A stretch of DNA of 64,000 nt, taken from positions 1,488,001 through 1,552,000 of the forward strand of contig NC_047076.1 of the NCBI RefSeq assembly GCF_902459465.1. The letters run 5' to 3'. This document shows positions 61,301-64,000 of the stretch, piece after piece. How positions within the stretch are numbered: the first letter of the stretch is position 1; each line of letters opens with the position of its first letter. Both the position numbers and the translations under genes were made by a program. The stretch is from Asterias rubens. Its lineage: Eukaryota. A model generated the notes under the pieces. That model made no database searches, was not told where the DNA came from, and saw nothing but the letters and a program-made list of their open reading frames with translations.

Positions 61301-63920
61301 TTCAACTGGTCTTTGACAATTACCAATAGTGTCCACTGTCTTTAAGTGTGCTCCATGTTGTGCAATGGTTCAGTATGGAGATTTTACACTTTGACAGTTC
61401 AATTTATCTGACTGCTGTTTTATGTTTCCTTATTTGTTTAGATACAATGCGTCTATGAAGAGCCTGTCCAACAAGTTCATGCACCTGACTAACTACAGCA
61501 TCAATAAGAAGAATGCAGACTTCACACCAAACACTGACTTCACTGCTTGCGAGGGTCACAAATGGTATTATTATTGATTGATTTATTTCACAAATAAAAG
61601 CTTCACCTTAAAGATGCTATGTCAGATTTTTGGCCCCAAACATTAAAAAATACATTTTTTTGAGTGAATGGTGTTTCAAAGAGTATCACCAGCTATAATG
61701 AAAAAAAGTTTAAGTTTTACTTTTAATGGTCAAGAACCATGACAAAAATCTAAAACGTTTCTTATAAAACACATAATAATTGGTCACGTGATATATTGTC
61801 AGGATCCCGACGAAAACTAATTTTGAGCACTTTATTTCACTGCTACTAATAATTGGCTCAAATAAAAGCTTGTAATTTTCTCGACCCCCATCAAAATACC
61901 TATTGAATTTTAAACCAAAATTTTTGGGTCAAATCGGCCACAAATCTGACATAGCATCTTTAAGGAGGCTGAATTGAGTTTAATTGTTACAACCATGATT
62001 TTGATGACCCATGATGTATCTATTTTGCTTAACTCTGTATAACGTTTTCACCAACTATTTTCGAAGCTCGACTGTCTCTCTCTCTCTGAGCTACTTTTGT
62101 GGTCTGGTTGTTCAGAAATCTTGTCTTGAATGAGGAAAGCATTTTGTTTTCTTTTCCCGAGTTACTTTTTAATCGGATCAATAATCATGACACACTCCAG
62201 TGATTTAAAATTGAACACCATATGGTAATTCAACCTCTAAGCTGATTATGTTTAAGACGTATGATTTCTTGCTTTTGTCTTAAGGGGTCTGAAGGCATTG
62301 TGGGGCTACTTAAAGCCCATGGGGATTGACACCAACGCTATATGGGAAAACATCAAGGAGGTCGTTGTGAAGACTATCATTAGGTATGTATTCATCTTAT
62401 TGCTTCATCTCAGAGTTGTCTGTACATGAAGAGGTCTGTATCTCCACCTAGACAGAAATCTTGGATATGTATCTTTGGACTTCAAAGCCCTTATTACGAT
62501 ACATGGGCCAATTTCAGAGCAGCTTAAGTCCAAAAATAGCTAATCACAACAAACTTATGCTTACCAGAGTAAGGTTACCAGCAAACTACTATATTACATG
62601 TACAATTTGTGACTGGTATCATGCTCATTTTTGCTGAGCAAAAACATATTAAGCAATTTTTTGTTGCTTAAGCAGCTCTATGTAATTAGTCCCTGGGCTC
62701 AATTTCATGAAACTCTAAGCAGTGTCAATATCACAGTGATGATTTGTACTGTGACATCACACTTTGCTTAGCAGTTAACATTAATACACTAAGAGCTGTA
62801 TTGTACTTGATGTCATTAACTACCATGTTTTATTTCAAACTATATAAGAACTTGTTATAAGAACTTGAATTTTTTATTGCAGCGTGGATTCTACTGTAAA
62901 CAGTATGGTGAAGCTGAACGTTAAGAGTCGTTACTGCGTTCATGAGTTGTTTGGTTTTGACGTCATGCTGGATGAGAATCTCAAGCCATGGATCCTTGAA
63001 GTTAACATCTCACCAAGGTAAGATGAAGAGAAGGAAAGTAAGAAGATGATGTGAGGTGTGGATCAGGAGTTATTATAAGGAAAATGTGTTTTGAGACTTT
63101 AGTTTTTATGTCTTTTAACATCGGCAGGAAATTTTCTTGGTGTGCAGTAAGACTAAAATGTTCTGAAGTTTGAGAACGTTAAAGACCAGTCTTCTCACTT
63201 GGTGTATCTCAACAAATGCATAAATAACAAACCTCTGAAAATTTGAGCACAATCGGTCGTCGAAGTTGCCAGATAATAATGAAAGAAAAAGCACCCTTGT
63301 CACCAAAGCTGTGCACTTTCAGATGCTTGATTTTGAGACTTCAAATTCTAAATCTGAGGTCTCAAAATCAAATTCGTGGAAAATTACTTCTTTCTTGAAA
63401 ACTATGTCCCTTCAGAGCGAGCGTTTCTCACAATGTTTTATACTACCAACCTCTCCCCATTACTCGTTACCAAGTCAGGTTTTATGCTAATAATTATTTT
63501 GAGTAATTACCTATCGTGTCCACTTCCTTTAAACCTTTTATCTATATTGATGTACAGGCCTTGAAACACACGGCACCTACAGCATTTGCCGTGGTGCCCT
63601 GTGCTTTGGCTGTGGTGCCCTTTGCAAAGTCCCAATACAAATTTACATTTTCCTCCTAGAAGTGCTCCTTACCAGACAGAAATTGCTTTGCCCCTTCAGG
63701 AGTGAAACTCAAGGCCTTGATTTAGATAAATTATCCACAATTGATGAAATACTGATCACTGATTATTCTGGTTTTTTGTTTTCAGTCTTCATTCCAACTC
63801 TCCATTAGACGTCAGTATCAAGGGGGAGATGATCAAAGACCTTCTGAACATCTCTGGGTTCAACATTCCTGATAAGAAAGACGTCTACCCGATGCTGGCA
63901 TCGTCAAGTTCATCTTCAAA
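49390..63920 (+). CDS. TTLL4: Tubulin monoglutamylase (initiase) TTLL4, 3'-partial, 11 coding exons in window
   Basis: Exons 49390-50105, 55720-55814, 56186-56431, 58189-58299, 59309-59385, 60160-60354, 61008-61219, 61442-61564, 62285-62383, 62883-63017, 63786-63920; phases are consistent and the gene continues past 64000. Motifs: [85 protein letters not shown] and NISP are the initiase-type signature. The start codon and the N-terminal exon are less certain; an in-frame TAA lies at 49360. Confidence 0.93.
51225..51605 (-). mobile_element. Kolobok-like MITE, family A-related
   Basis: TTAA|AGGGAAGGTACACGTTTGGTAATT...AATTACCAAACGTGTACCTTCCCT|TTAA, with perfect TIRs. Confidence 0.9.
54946..55422. 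repeat. 37-bp minisatellite, ~13 copies, in the TTLL4 intron before exon 55720
   Basis: CATGATTTTTAGATGCCTCATACACATCAGACAAGTT; near-perfect copies with T-run length variants. Confidence 0.95.
55520..55710 (-). mobile_element. tRNA-related repeat fragment (42-kb family)
   Basis: CTAACACTG...TACTTTCCC...GGGATACGAACCCACGACCTTTGCATTGC. Confidence 0.6.
58552..58919. mobile_element. Chimeric Kolobok-like MITE (family B left part, family A right end)
   Basis: 58552-58823 matches the reverse complement of 39212-39584; 58847-58919 matches the family A end. Confidence 0.8.
61608..61963. mobile_element. TTAA-flanked MITE
   Basis: TTAA|AGATGCTATGTCAGATTT...AAATCTGACATAGCATCT|TTAA. Confidence 0.85.
63179..63532 (+). 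mobile_element. Kolobok-like MITE family A, 5'-truncated
   Basis: AAAGACCAGTCTTCTCACTTGGTG...GTGTCCACTTCCT|TTAA. Confidence 0.8.
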
Positions 63921-64000
63921 GTAAGTGAAATACTCTCTCGCAACAAATGATCCCCTAAAATACAGGGTTGAGATTGTTCAGACTTTTGGCTGAATTCAGA

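Overview
This is AT-rich, intron-containing animal genomic DNA. It is most likely an invertebrate deuterostome such as a sea star, inferred from protein similarity, intron layout and repeat types. Four protein-coding genes could be rebuilt by hand with consistent GT-AG splice phases. (1) An AF10/AF17 (MLLT10/MLLT6) ortholog: + strand, 14 coding exons, 2749-16736, about 1178 aa, with a PZP domain and OM-LZ. (2) A TMEM106-family gene: + strand, 7 coding exons, 27866-31846, about 294 aa. (3) FTCD: - strand, 14 exons, 46633-36729, about 547 aa. (4) TTLL4: + strand, from about 49390 to beyond the window end, head-to-head with FTCD. Introns and intergenic DNA are full of non-autonomous repeats: TTAA-flanked Kolobok-like MITEs, GGGCCC-ended fold-back MITEs, tRNA-derived SINEs, L2-type LINE 3' ends and minisatellites. 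No CRISPR array, rRNA gene, true tRNA gene or intact transposase was found. The most interesting leads are: a tandem 13-aa repeat in AF10 that resembles the histone H3 22-28 segment bound by the AF10 PZP domain; the divergent pairing of the glutamylation initiase TTLL4 with the polyglutamate-binding FTCD; a perfect RFX X-box over the TTLL4 start codon; and a possible transposon-borne TMEM106 promoter. All coordinates were counted by hand, and repeat boundaries are approximate.
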